Shown piece after piece: positions 1 to 12,466 of a stretch of DNA of 64,000 bases. How positions within the stretch are numbered: position 1 is the first letter of the stretch; each line of letters begins with the position of its first letter. Position numbers and translations under genes: made by a program. Source of the DNA: Octopus vulgaris (lineage: Eukaryota). The notes beneath the pieces are model-generated. The model searched no databases. It worked only from the letters and a program-made list of their open reading frames with translations, and was not told the origin of the DNA. Location: assembly GCA_951406725.2 (NCBI GenBank), contig OX597825.1, positions 34,658,001 through 34,722,000 on the forward strand. Direction: 5' to 3'.

Positions 1-899
1 TGTTGTTTAGCTTTAAGTTAGCCTTTGTCGTATCTGCAGTCAGAAGTTACAGTAATTAAGAAGCCCTCTCCAGAATCACGTGGTTACCGGTTCGAACCTA
101 CTGTGAGGTATTTTGGGCAAGTACGAGTGGAATTTGTAGAGGGGAACTAAGCAAATGCCCTCATCCTACCTAGCTTGATGGTTCGATACTGAAAAAAGGG
201 TGGAGGCTGTATTCCTGCTAGTTACCATCCGTATTTTATTCACGCATACTCTTTGTAAGAATATTGATCAGGGGTTTGTTTTTTATTTTATATTGTTTAA
301 GTTTTTTTTTGTTTCCCTTTTTATGATGTTTAGTATGAGCTTTTAGAGAAATTTGGCTACTTTTACTGGCTGATCAAGTGACCATATAGAGGTGCTCAGT
401 TGGTTCGTAGGGTCAAGGTAAAAGCCAGTATAACCTTTGAACTTCGACAGTTCAGTCAATAAGTTTAAATTTACTTGTTGACAGACCTTAAGTATGGACA
501 CGTAAAAAAAAAATAAAAGTTTTTTTTATTTCGTGAAATTTACAGCCCCCCAAAATAATACTTTGATATTCAATACATGCCTATTTTAATATTTTCGTTT
601 GAAAATTAAGGATCTATCCAACATATTTACCGCTGCTTTCACCTAGCTTATCATGAATATAGAGTAACTTTCCCTCGATAAAATACGTGCTACTACTATT
701 GTATAGCTCTTATACAAGTAATTCCGATTAATCTGTCACAGGGGATTGTTATGCTCCTTCAATTTTTAGTACCCCAATGTTCACAGAAATCTTATGCTTT
801 GTAAAAGTTATCCCGTGATAAAACTATACACACTGAATGTATAATATAAGAATGCCCATTAATTTTTTTTTATTTTTGCATGTTGATTGCAAAAAGGTC

Positions 900-1500
900 G
901 TGCGCGCACGCACACAGCTTAGAGGGAACGGTTATTTTAAGTATCCATAGCAACATAAATTGTATTATTTTTGCACCCCCTTCACTTCACCACATGCTCA
1001 ATGCATGGTTCTAGAAATACCATTTCGTTCCTGTAACAGTGATTGATATTATTGATTATGAACTTGAAATTCGTAGGAATGATTTCGAAGAACAGAACGA
1101 AAGTATTTAATGATGAACATCTTACAGAACGGGTGCATTCAGTGGAAAAAAAAAAGAAAAGAAAAGCACTTCACTTTCGATGTATCTATTCTATTCTCTT
1201 CTTCTCTTCTTCTTCTCTCTCCCTCCACACACACACCTTTCATTTTGGTAAATAGAAATCGGTTTTTCCTTGGATATTTCTCTTCAAAGAAATTCACCTT
1301 TACCATCTTTTGCCCTCAAACGTTACAACTCAGTATCTATTATCGACACACGGACATACCTTATTTTAAGAAATTCCTTTGATTATTTCTACCATAGTAG
1401 TCAACCATTTCATTCATATTTTATTTGTTGATAACTCGATTACTTTGGTACTTCACTGCGTTTGTTTTGTCTTGTGTGCGTGCATGCGTGTTGAAAATGT
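900..1500 (+). promoter_or_regulatory. Candidate promoter/first non-coding exon of the CARD gene (donor TTG|GTAAAT at 1247/1248)
   Basis: CpG is visibly more frequent in 1-1500 than in the introns that follow. A CT-rich leader-like tract (1190-1240) ends in a plausible splice donor. The link to the gene is inferred. Confidence 0.3.
901..933. mobile_element. hAT-like MITE terminal sequence
   Basis: gcgcacgcacacagcttagagggaac is the reverse complement of a hAT-type end (..gttccctctaagctgtgtgcgtgcgc). The partner end was not located. Confidence 0.3.
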
Positions 1501-1769
1501 AATATATGCTAGTAAGACCAACTTAACATGTGTTTGTTACATTTTTTACTGTAAAATGATTTATTTTCAAATTTGAAACCATTATCATATCAAATCTGAA
1601 ATTTGCAAAATTTGAAATTTGAAACCTTTATTTCTAGTTTTCATTTAAAGTTATTACACTCTTCTGCTAGACTTTTTTGCTTTCTTTCTCTAAATAAGAG
1701 GCAAATATAATTTCATTGAGAATTTCATTTTGTGTCCATCTTGTAGTACATTTCCACCTACCTCCATCT

Positions 1770-2065
1770 AATCATCGTCTTCATCCTCTTCCTCCATGCA
1801 GAGTATAGAGGCCAGTAAGATATCTCCATTAGTCTCAGTATTTGGCAGTGGGTTGCAGTTGTGGCAAAGTGTCATTGCTTACCAGAACTTCAGTTCAGGG
1901 ATCTTCACCATGTCGTTTTTGGTCTGCTACTCTTGCTTCTCTTTTTTAGATTGTCCATCAGACGGCTTACCATTTCGTCTCTCAATCTAGGTTTTGGTAG
2001 GTTATTTACTAGTTTGCCTGTTTCCACAAAAAAGCTTTGTGAGTCTTTCTTGCCATCTCACCTGA
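1770..2065 (-). mobile_element. Degenerate RTE-type LINE 3' end
   Basis: Minus strand shows remnants of an RT C-terminal RPKTTW-like motif followed by a (gat)n-like tail. Confidence 0.4.
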
Positions 2066-2240
2066 AAGATGTCTGGAGACATCTGTCTTGTTAGGATTTA
2101 ATACAAAAATCTGTTCCTAAGGATACAAAAAATTCTTCAATAAAGTTCTTTAGCTAAATCCAGATATGAACAACTTCACCAAAAGAAGAATTCTAACATT
2201 CTTCTAACTCACACACCATTGTGTGTGTTGTGTGGTAATG

Positions 2241-2272
<32 letters not shown>

Positions 2273-2797
2273 CTTGGCTATAGTAAAAGGCATTTGTCCA
2301 ACATACCAAATAGTGAGATTGAGCTCAGAACTTTGTGGTTGAAAAGCAAACTTCTTACCACATTGATGTGCCTACATCCATATATATATATAAAAATACA
2401 TGCATATGTTTGTGTGTAAGCAAGGTGTGTGTGTGTCTATATATATATGTGTACACACACTTACTAGTAACTGAGATTGCTATAGGAGTGGATAAAGACA
2501 AGTAGTATGAAATTCTAGGCTTTTGATTCACTCATATAGCAATTTCAGCAATTAAGAGATATACACTGGTAGCTGCTTATAATAATCTCAGGTAATATTA
2601 TCAAAATTAGTAGGTCCTAAATACATTCAGGATATTGTTATGTTCTCTATTTAATATCATCAACTGCTTATTGTTATCTAAAAGGTTCTATTCCAAAATG
2701 ATCACAATATGCAGTGATCACTGCATGCGTGCCCCCCCCCCCACACACACACACAGAAAAAGAGGGAAATAGACAGTAACTAGGTTGTTAAGATCAC

Positions 2798-3127
2798 ATC
2801 ATCATCATCATCATCATCATCGTTTAACGTCCGCTTTCCATGCTAGCATGGGTTGGACGGTTCAACTGGGGTCTGGCAAGCCCGAAGGCTGCACCAGGCC
2901 AGTCAGATCTGGCAGTGTTTCTACAGCTGGATGCCCTTCCTAACGCCAACCACTCCGAGAGTGTAGTGGGTGATTTTATGTGCCACCGACACAGGTGCCA
3001 GACGAGGCTGGCAGACGGTCATGCTCGGATGGTGTTTTTTATGTGCCACCTACACAGGTGCCAGACGAGGCTGGCAGACGGCCAAGCTCGGATGGTGTTT
3101 TTTATGTGCCACCGACACAGGTGCCAG
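2798..3127 (-). mobile_element. Young SINE fragment with RTE-type (gat)n tail and internal 63-bp tandem repeat
   Basis: (cat)n followed by cgtttaacgtccgctttccatgctagcatgggttggacgg, a tail that recurs many times in the window. CpG-rich. Confidence 0.7.
2974..3127. repeat. 63-bp tandem repeat, ~2.4 copies
   Basis: atgtgccacc recurs at 2978, 3041 and 3104. Confidence 0.9.
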
Positions 3128-3455
3128 GTAGATTCTGATATATCTGCATGTATCACCAATAAAAGGATGAACAAAGAGATTCAAAGGAAATGAGGTATAA
3201 CAGTGTGTGTGCAAGAGTATAGATATTAGTTTTTCTGAGTTGTCACTTGCTCAGGAAGCAGGGGATAGCTGTTACTATATATAGTGTAATAAAGTAAGAT
3301 GTAACTTGACAAGAATGATAAGAATTATAATAGATTATTGATAAACAATATGGTACTTACTTTCTAAATGCATGAGATATGTTGTTTTTAACCAAACTTT
3401 TTCTGACTATTAACCTTATGCTTAGACATGAAAAATATTTTTATTTTCAATATCA

Positions 3456-3795
3456 GGCACAAGTATGGCAGTGTGGTTAAGAAGTTTGCTTCACAACTAT
3501 ATGGTCTTGGGTTCAGTCCTGCTGTCTTCTATTATAACCCCAAATCCCAGACCAACCAAAACTTTATGGGTGAATTTTGATAAATGGAAAACTGAAAGCA
3601 GCTGTCGTGTGTGTGTGTGCATGTATGTTTATGCTTTCATCACGTGATTGTTGTAAATGAACATAATTCATTTCCAATATTTTGCAAAAAATATCTGACA
3701 ATAAAGAAATATTACCTTACAAGGAAGGGCATCTACCTCAATAAATTCCATCTGAGCTATGCAAGCATTTCCCAGTGGATATTAAAACAGTGGTG
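3456..3795 (+). mobile_element. tRNA-derived CORE-type (octopus OR-like) SINE
   Basis: A-box tggcagtgtgg, B-box ggttcagtcc, shared body ggaaactgaaag. Other copies near 13624, 19945, 22470, 32230, 62250, 63782 (+) and 4046, 11095, 31545, 39461, 46440, 61920 (-). Confidence 0.7.
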
Positions 3796-4800
3796 AAGGT
3801 GATGACGAATATATCTTGGAGATTGGATTCAAACATTATTGTTTATCCTAGGCAAGGATAACTCTTTTTTAACTGTGGGCCTTATTAGATATTGCTCATC
3901 ATAACTTGAGCCTCACCACTAAAAGGATAATTTAACAAGCACTGCATATATAGTACAGAGTATACATCATGCAAGAATTAGAGTAAGACATTTATAAAAT
4001 ATTGAAGAGAAAGCATGAGTAAATGAGACAAATAAAGAAATTACCTTTTGCTTGTTTCAGTCATTGGACTGCAGCCATGCTGGGGTATTACCTTGAAAGG
4101 TTTTAGTTGAACATATTGGCTTCAGTACTTATTTTATAAGTCTGGTACATGTTCTATCAGTCACTTTTGCTGAACTGCTAAGTTATGGGGGTTGTAAACT
4201 AATCAGTACTGGATGTCTAGTAATGGGTGGAGGGACAAATGCAGGTACAAAGATACATACTTACTTGTATATATGTGTACTACAAGGTGGGATTCTACAT
4301 GGTTTCCATCATACAAATTCACTCACAAGGCATTGATAGACCCAGGTCTGTAGCAGAAGATACTTACCAATGTGATGTGCAATGACTCTGAACCTAAATC
4401 CATGTGATTGCAAAGCAACCTTCTTATGACATTATGTATGCCATAACAGAAAAAAATATATATATGGGGCTGCATGCAGTACTCCAGATTATCCATGCCT
4501 GGTTTAACTCCAACTCAATTCTAGTTGAGCAGAATTATAGTCAAAGGCATTCCAACTTGAACATGTTGTGTAATAAGACATGAAACTTTTTTCTACATCC
4601 TTTTCATTGATGATTGTTTTACGATTTCACAGTAGATGTTATAGGGAAGCTAAAAGTAAGTGAATGTAGTAAAACAAAAACAAAAAGTAAATTAATAAAA
4701 GCAGTGAGTGCATCATCATCATCAACATCATTATCATCATCATTTAATGTCCAGTTTTTCATGCTTATATGTTTCAAGTAAGGAAATACTTCCCCATGGC

Positions 4801-4985
4801 AAGGCAGTGAGCTGGCAGAATTGTTAAGCATGCCAAGCAAAATGCTTAGTGGCATTTCATCTGTCTTTATCTTCTGAGTTCAAATTCCACTGAGGTCAAC
4901 TGTGCTTTCATCCTTCCAGTGTTGATATAATCAACTTATCTTCTTACACAAATTTGCTGGCCTTGTGCCAAAATTTGAAACTAAT
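4801..4985 (+). mobile_element. tRNA-derived SINE with Meta/MESC-like central domain
   Basis: ggc..gagctggcagaa head, B-box gagttcaaattcc, core tttcatcctt..gtcgataaa. More than 15 copies in the window. Confidence 0.7.
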
Positions 4986-5528
4986 ATTTTCCAATGGTTT
5001 GATATGTTTTTCCTAAAAGAATGGAAATGAACACCACCACTTGCATGACTTTGATATTTGTGTGATATCAAGACAACAGTATACATATTTATAATAATCT
5101 TGTATGATAATAAACTAGCTTAAGCAATAAGTGTTTTTTAAGAAAGAAAAATGTAATTGTTGTTTTTTTAACTGAAAGTATTATGGTATGCTGTTTTTAC
5201 CTAATTCACAAATCTGGCAAAAATGAGTTGTACCTGTAGTTCAAAGGGCCGGCCTTGTCACATTCTGTCTCACATTGAATCTCCCCAAGAACTACGTTAA
5301 GAGTACCCGTGTCTGTGGAGTGCTAAGCCACTTGCATGTTAATTTCATGAGCAGACTATTCTGTTGATCAGATCAACTGGAACCCTCATAGTTGTAACCG
5401 ACAGTGTGCTAGTACAAGACATCTGCTTAGTAATTGAACCGAAGAGTCACATGTTAGTGTCATTCAACAGAAACATCCTTAGGAGGATGTGGATGCTGCT
5501 CTCATCACTGCATCTATGAATATCTGAT

Positions 5529-5728
5529 TTAACCCTTTAGCATTTAAACCAGCTGTCTTGAACCAAATATTCCACCTGTTTTATGTTCAAAATGGCCAGA
5601 TCTGGCTTCTTGCACATTCTAAAAATAATCACATCATCGAAGCTACAAAATGATACATGATTAATGCAAAACAATATGAATAAATAAGCATTACATTTCA
5701 TTGAGTAATCAGAATGCTAAATGGTTAA
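5529..5728. mobile_element. piggyBac-type MITE
   Basis: TTAA-CCCTTTAGCATT ... AATGCTAAATGG-TTAA terminal inverted repeats. Related copy at 17841-18049. Confidence 0.7.
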
Positions 5729-7535
5729 GCTGTAACTAAGGAGAGTGGTGTACATTTACACAGATGATATCATCATTGTTGGGTCATTTACATTGAGTGT
5801 ATGAAAAAGATGTACAGACGTTCAAACAGATAATATGGGAGCCAAGATTCTGTAGGACAAATCAGTGAGCTCTCTTACAACTCTGGAATTAGAGGAGCAA
5901 ATCAGTGATTGCTATTGTCTAGCCCTAGGTTAAGCATTATCAAGCAGATTGTTGTTCAAAAGCATTTCAGTTGTGGTACTCTATTCTCTTATTCAGCACA
6001 GGGCAGCCAAAACCACATAATCCAATGTGCCCTTCTTTTTTTAAAACAGGGTGTAATCTGAGAGAGATTTAGTTATTGTTTCTAGCAGATTAGTTGACCA
6101 TGTTGGGATCCCACTCATTAAATTGTAAATCAATAGTCACTGATATTTACTATTGCACTGATAGCCTAGATATCTGGATAAGTGTGTGGTTTAGTTTAGA
6201 CCTCCAAAATAGATACTGGAATGAGACAGTGACCAAAATGATGAATTTAACCCAGAAATAAGTCAAGAACAAGTTCTCATTTACTTTTCATATTGCATAT
6301 TTAATGGAGCATTAGTTTTTTTTACTAATTAAAACTTTGGTTTTGCTATGTTGGCATTGAGTCCTTTGAACTTTTGATTATCCTTGCATGCCTGAAATGA
6401 ATATTTCCTGCAATTCAGGGCTAAAATCTCCACAGACTTTTAGTCTTGAGTTCTTGTATTACTGACCCAAGAACAATAGCTAAATAGCAAAAGGCTGAGG
6501 ATAACATGATGGTCAACACCTGCTTGTAGACTAAATTTTTTACATCTACACCTACTTTTCTCCATGCTCACCTGACTGCACAGCAAAAGGCTTTATCAAA
6601 GTTCTTCTTTAGATCAGTGAATGTAAAGTATAACGGTCTCTTGATAGCTAAGTTCTTCTTTAGTTGTTTTCTGCAGTTCTCAGATCAAGGTTTGTCCTGA
6701 CAGCATACTTATGTAGTCCATTTCATGTTTATCAAATTTTCTGGTCGAACCTTTCTCACCAGACTAGACTGGTGGTAGTTCTGGTTTGGTCTCCTATGAC
6801 CCAACTATTCAGAACATCGTACTGGATTACATTTTACCAATGGCATTCACTAGTGACTTGACAAAGTGAGTAGAAGTACATTTTATGAAAACACTTATTT
6901 GTAGAATACAGAAAAAAAATAAGTTGAAGGACAACTTTGTCATTTTCCAGAAGCTCTTTCCATTGATAATAATAATGTCTGAAAGCTTATTTGTTTTAAT
7001 TACCATTACAGTTAGAATAATTTCTTTTTGTTCACATATAAAATACTAAAAGTTGGTTTGAGTGTTGACTCCACTTTTAGTTTATTTACTTTTTGACATT
7101 TATTATTTATACTGTAGATATTTATTGACCATATTTATAAGTTCAAGGCTACATCTAATATAGCTTTGCATTTTTGTAAGGTATTTGCTTTGCCCCTTAT
7201 CAGTCTGAATCATATAGCCCTCAGATTCAAAAGCATTTCAGTTGTTATCATTTATTCTAAAGTTTAATGTATCCCAGACTATATTATTCAATGTGTTTTC
7301 CATCTTTAAGGTGTTATTGTGAAATGTGAAGGAAATTTGGTTACTATTTCTAGCAAATTGAGCACCCACGTAGGGAGTTCCCACCTCATTGGCTCTAATA
7401 TATGTTAATTATTTCAAAGTAGTATGTAATTCAAGACCAGAACTATTCATATAACATAGTTTTTTCATGTATATTTTTAATTGTATTATTGATTATATAA
7501 TTGCCTTGTTTTTTCTTTGTTGTTCTGTTGACCAG

Positions 7536-7851
7536 GTCACTCATGTATTTTCGAGAAATTCTATGTGATAACAAATAGGTCAGTTATGAATAAATAGTTG
7601 GACTGGTTACACTCCTTGATAATGACATAACATAACTTTCAATATAAGACCTCACGTAGACTGCTGAAAGTTTTCTTTTCAAATTATCATCATCATCATC
7701 ATCATCACCATTATTCTTATTATTTGCTTGTGCTGCTGTTTTGAATATCAGAGGTGTGTTTGATTGAATGTGTTTACACAGGGAGTTATTGTACTCTACA
7801 TATACACAAGGACATTACGAAAACTGAGTGAGAGGCTGAAAATTTATGTAG
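7536..7851 (+). other. Candidate 5'UTR exon (acceptor at 7535 or 7781; donor TAG|GTGAGT)
   Basis: Pyrimidine tract plus CAG at 7501-7535 and a consensus donor at 7851/7852. No coding frame. Confidence 0.35.
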
Positions 7852-7973
7852 GTGAGTCAAAACATTTAATGTTCCCTCCACTGAGGGCTCTTTTTAATTT
7901 ACTAAACAATTAGTGTCCTATTAGTTCACTAATGAAATGTAAGTAGAGTGTAAGCAATATTGTTCACACCTAA

Positions 7974-8150
7974 GGTGGCGAGCTGACAGAAATGTTAGCA
8001 TGCTGGGTGAAGTGCTTAGAGGTATTTTGTTTGTCTTCAAGTTCTGAGTTCAAATTCTGCTGAGGTCAACTTTGCCTTTCATCCTTTTGGGGGTCGATAA
8101 ATTAAGTACCAGTTGTGTACTGGGGTCGATCTAATCAACTGGCCCCCTTC
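7974..8150 (+). mobile_element. Meta-like tRNA SINE with target-site duplication
   Basis: Flanked by aatattgttcacacct / aatattgctcacacct. Confidence 0.8.
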
Positions 8151-8559
8151 TCAAAAATATTGCTCACACCTGCTACAACACTTATATATGGTACTAACAC
8201 CACAGAAGTTACTTCTGTTGGCATAGGTGATACAACAAAAGGATTTCATGAATTCCATTTTCAATTGATTGAGGTTGTACAAATGGATAACCTTCCTTAT
8301 GTAAACTGGATGAATGTATCATAGTAGACACATTAGATAAGTCATTTCATAGAGTCAAAGCCCTTCCTAACTCCTAATCAGTTTTATTTTGGAGTAGCTG
8401 CCCTCCTAGACTTGTATTGCAAGGAATCCTATCTCTCCTCTACAATTTGCTTTTGAAATTTTTCTTCATATAACAAATGGGATTATTTGAAGTGACCAGC
8501 CTCCTAGGTGTGTTGTTTTCATTACATCTCAGAAGCCATTGTGGGTGCTTATCAGTGGG

Positions 8560-8950
8560 TGGAGTAACCTGAAGTAATGGTTTTTTAGATCACACTCACA
8601 ATGAGAGTGAGATTATTAGAAAAATATCTGGTAACAGAAAAATGAATGGTAAGTGGTTACATTAAGACACTACATACCGATTATGGGCAGAAGTATGCAT
8701 GAGATAGAACAGTTGATTAGAGAGAGAAAGAGAGAGAGAGAGAAACCTGAAAAAGGCAAATAATGATAGATGGGTTTTTCAAACATTTTAAGAAGTTGGA
8801 TGAAAGAGCAGTGACTGTGACATCTGTAGGCCACACTTCTTTGATTAAAGTTGGTGTCCATTTTGAACATCAGTTGTCAATGTCTGTAGGAAGTTGGGTC
8901 TAGGGATGGCTTAAGGTGTCTGGTTTGGATTTTACCAATAGAAGGAACTG
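8560..8950 (-). mobile_element. Degenerate LINE (CR1/L2/Jockey-like) 3' remnant
   Basis: Weak RT C-terminal-like translation (IYHYLP..CSISC). A similar remnant lies on + at ~10200-10520. Confidence 0.3.
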
Positions 8951-11900
8951 TTAAAAGTACCCAAGTAATAGGCAGTGATGTTTAACTGAGCTTCATGTTA
9001 GTCCTACCAATCTGAAATAAAATGATACAGATAAATAAGGATAAATAAACAAGTTTACAACCATATAAAATGTAATATATATTGATTTCAAATTTTGGCA
9101 CAAAACCAGCATTTTCGGCAGAGTGGCTAAGTTGATTAATTTGATGACATCCCAAAAGGATGAAAGACAAATTCGACCTTAGCAGAATTTGAATTCGTTA
9201 TGTAAAGACGAGCAAAATGCTTAGCATTTTGCCCAGCATACTAACAATTCTGCCAGCTTGCCGCCTTGTTAAAGAAATTCAATAGAAATTTTATCAGATC
9301 AGATAAAGAATAAAGAAATAGTCAGGGAACGAGATATAGGTATGTTGTTATAAGAGAGACTGTTTCTAGTGTTCAGTCCTACTCCTGACACAAGTCAAAG
9401 CCAAACTATTTGAAAATGGGATCACAATCTTTTCATAAATGATGCTAAAGTAATAGAACTGTTTTTATTTAGCTCCAATTCAGTTATAATCAAAGGTATG
9501 TAGGCTGTGCCCATTCCATCTGTTCAGACATTTTATCTAGACATACATTATCTAATGTATTTTATCTTTCTTATAACATTGCTTGAAAGAAATTTGGTAG
9601 CTTTTTCTAGTAGGTTGAATGATCATGTAGAGGGGCATGCATTAATATTAAGGTGGTATTGTAAAGACAATTTTCCTAATAGTTCAAATATACTCTTATA
9701 CATACATCATGTATGCTAACATTTAGATACAAGTGTAGCATATATAATCTTATGTAAGCCATACATATCTTTAAACATGAAAAACAAGTATATGTCAATA
9801 TAAGAAAAGAAAAATAGTGAGTAGAAAGTGTGTGTAGTAGATCACCTACTACTACTGTCACTACTACTACTACTACACACATACTGAGAAGCAGTTACAA
9901 ACAGTTGCTACCACAATGATAGAAAACAAAGTGAAAAGTATGAAAAGCTACCACCTCCACAAATGACAAAACAACAATACTAATAAGTAGATAATTTTTA
10001 AAGTTCAACAATGAAATTAAACACTCAGAGGATGACCTTCTTCTTCAAGACCAGAAAATACTTCAGCACCGTCAGCAATTACTAATCCCTTCCTAAGTTC
10101 AAATGAGACACAGACCCACATTGAAATACTTAGAATGCTGCTGCTACTACTACATACACAGAAATACACATACAAAAAAATAATTAAAAAACGCATCACT
10201 CCAGTGATTGGTATGAAGTTACTTTTCTATGACACATTCCAACTTCTGATCCACAAACAGCCTGTGTCTCCTCACCTGGCCATGTCTACTGCAACTACAA
10301 TGACCCCTGTTCCTTGGAGCAGACAAGTCTTATTTCACCTCTATTCTGACACTCCCAACTCTTTTGTCTCATCTCTTTTCATCAGTCATATTATGCTCTT
10401 TCCTAATTGATATGGTAGTCCTTCATCTTTGGAATGTCAACATTCTGGATTTCCCTCCATGCCCGTAGTTTTACTGAAGTAATAAACTTGTACTATCCAA
10501 AAGAAACATTAACAATTTTCAAAGAGCCTACAAAAAACCATGAGCTCAGCCCATTCTGCCAGACCAAAACAAGAAACACACACACACTCTCTCTCCCCCC
10601 TCCTTCCCTCTCTCTCTATTATACAAAAGTTTCATGTTGAACAATAGACTTATATATATATAGAGATTTGATGCTTGCATGGGTTGGATGGCTTGACAGA
10701 ATCCAATGGGTCCAAGAACTGCATTGAGCTCCTGTGTCTGATTTGGCATGGTTTTTACAGCTGGAAGCCCTTCCTGATGCCAACCAATTTACAGTGTGTG
10801 GGGTGCATACATACGTGTGTGTGTGTGTATTGCGCAACACCACTTGACAATTGGTGTTGGTTTGTTTACATTCCCATAACTTAGCAGTTTAGCAACAACA
10901 ACCAATAGAGTAAGTACCACATTTAAAAAAATATATACTTACATTGATTTGGTTGATTAAACCATTCAAGTATGGTTGTAGCCTTATGAATAAACTCCAC
11001 TAAAGTACTCAAAGGACTAGGCTGTTCCATTAATCAGGTTAGCATATTAGGCTTACCATGTAATCTTATCCATTAGTTATTGTTTTGTATCATTTACTCA
11101 TTTCAGTCATTAGACTGTGGCCATGCTGGGGCACTGCCTTGAAGGTTTAGCCAAACAAATCAACTCCAATACTTTTTTGTTTCTAACCCTAGTACTTATT
11201 TTATCAGTCTCTTTTGCTGACCCACTAAGTTACAGGGACAACAAGCTTCTCTCAGCTTCCATCTACTAAATCCACTCACAGGGTTTTAATTGGCCTAGGA
11301 CTATAGTACAATACACATACCCAAGGTGTCAGGCAATGGACTGAACCCAGAACCATGTGGTTTGGAGGAAAACTTTTTACTACACAGCCATGCTTGATGA
11401 AGCTTTTCTATGCATTTATTTGTATGATATATTTTTTATTTCATCCCCTGAAGAATGTCTACAGAATATATTAATATTGGTTTCAAATTTTGGCACAAGA
11501 CCAGCAATTTCAGGGGAGGGGTAAGTCGGTTACATTGTCTCCAGTGTGTGGAAAAGGAATACAGACAATTACATTGATCCACAATACATGACTGGTACTT
11601 TATTTAGTCAATCCTGGAAGGATGAAAAGTGAACGACCCTGAAAGGATGAAAGGCAAAGTCAATCCTGGTGGCATTTGAACTCAGAACATAAAGTTGGGA
11701 GAAATGCTGCTTAGCATTTTTTCTTGTCCCATAACAATTCTGCCAGCTCACCACCTGACAATATAATCAATATTAGAAACTGTCTTTCATTTAACTTTTC
11801 CATTACAGTCCTGCAACACACTCAGATGGTGACTACATGATCATTCAACGTGCTAAAAATAGCAGCTAAATCTTGCTCAAATCACATCCTGTTATCTTAA

Positions 11901-12159
11901 AGGAAAATGGAAATCTAAATTTAATCCAAAAAAGAAAGCATAGCATAGGTTTGTGGGATTAGAATTAGCCCAGGGCTAAACAACATTCCCAACATCCAAA
12001 TATATTTTGTACTTTTGGCTCCATCTCAAATATCTTCCCCTTGTTTTAATAAATATTAAAATAATACAAATACATTTATTTCTAAGTAATTTTCAAAATA
12101 TTCATTTCCATTTTCAGTGATGTTTATGTTAAGGTATTTGCCTGTTCATCTATTTATGT

Positions 12160-12466
12160 TACTATTGTATTGTTTGTTCCTTCTCAAGCCATGCCTGGTT
12201 CATAAGGGCCGGTTTCCTGGTTTCCTTCGTGTATAGGTTCCCCACCTGGATGGGACACCAGTCCGTCACAGGTGAGATACAAGAGGAAAGAGTGAGAGAA
12301 AGTTGTGGTGAAAGAGTCAGCAGAAGTTTGCCATTACCTTCTGCTGGAGCCACGTGAAGCTTAGGTGTTTCGCTCATAAACACACACATCGCCCTGTCTG
12401 AGATTTGAACCTGTGATCCCTTCATCGCGAGTCCGCTGCTCTAATCACTAGGCCATGTGCCTCCAC
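12160..12466 (-). mobile_element. tRNA-headed SINE (third family) with (aca)n-type tail
   Basis: Minus strand starts gtggaggcacatggcctagtgattagagc (A-box) ... ggttcaaatctc (B-box). CpG retained. Confidence 0.7.

Noticed and set aside
2840-3193. 117-aa ORF with Cys/His repeats
   Set aside because: It is the translation of a SINE's 63-bp tandem repeat. It is not a zinc finger, and it is not a CRISPR array because there are no unique spacers.
12395-12466. tRNA genes at SINE heads
   Set aside because: A/B boxes run into SINE bodies and the acceptor stems are not closed.
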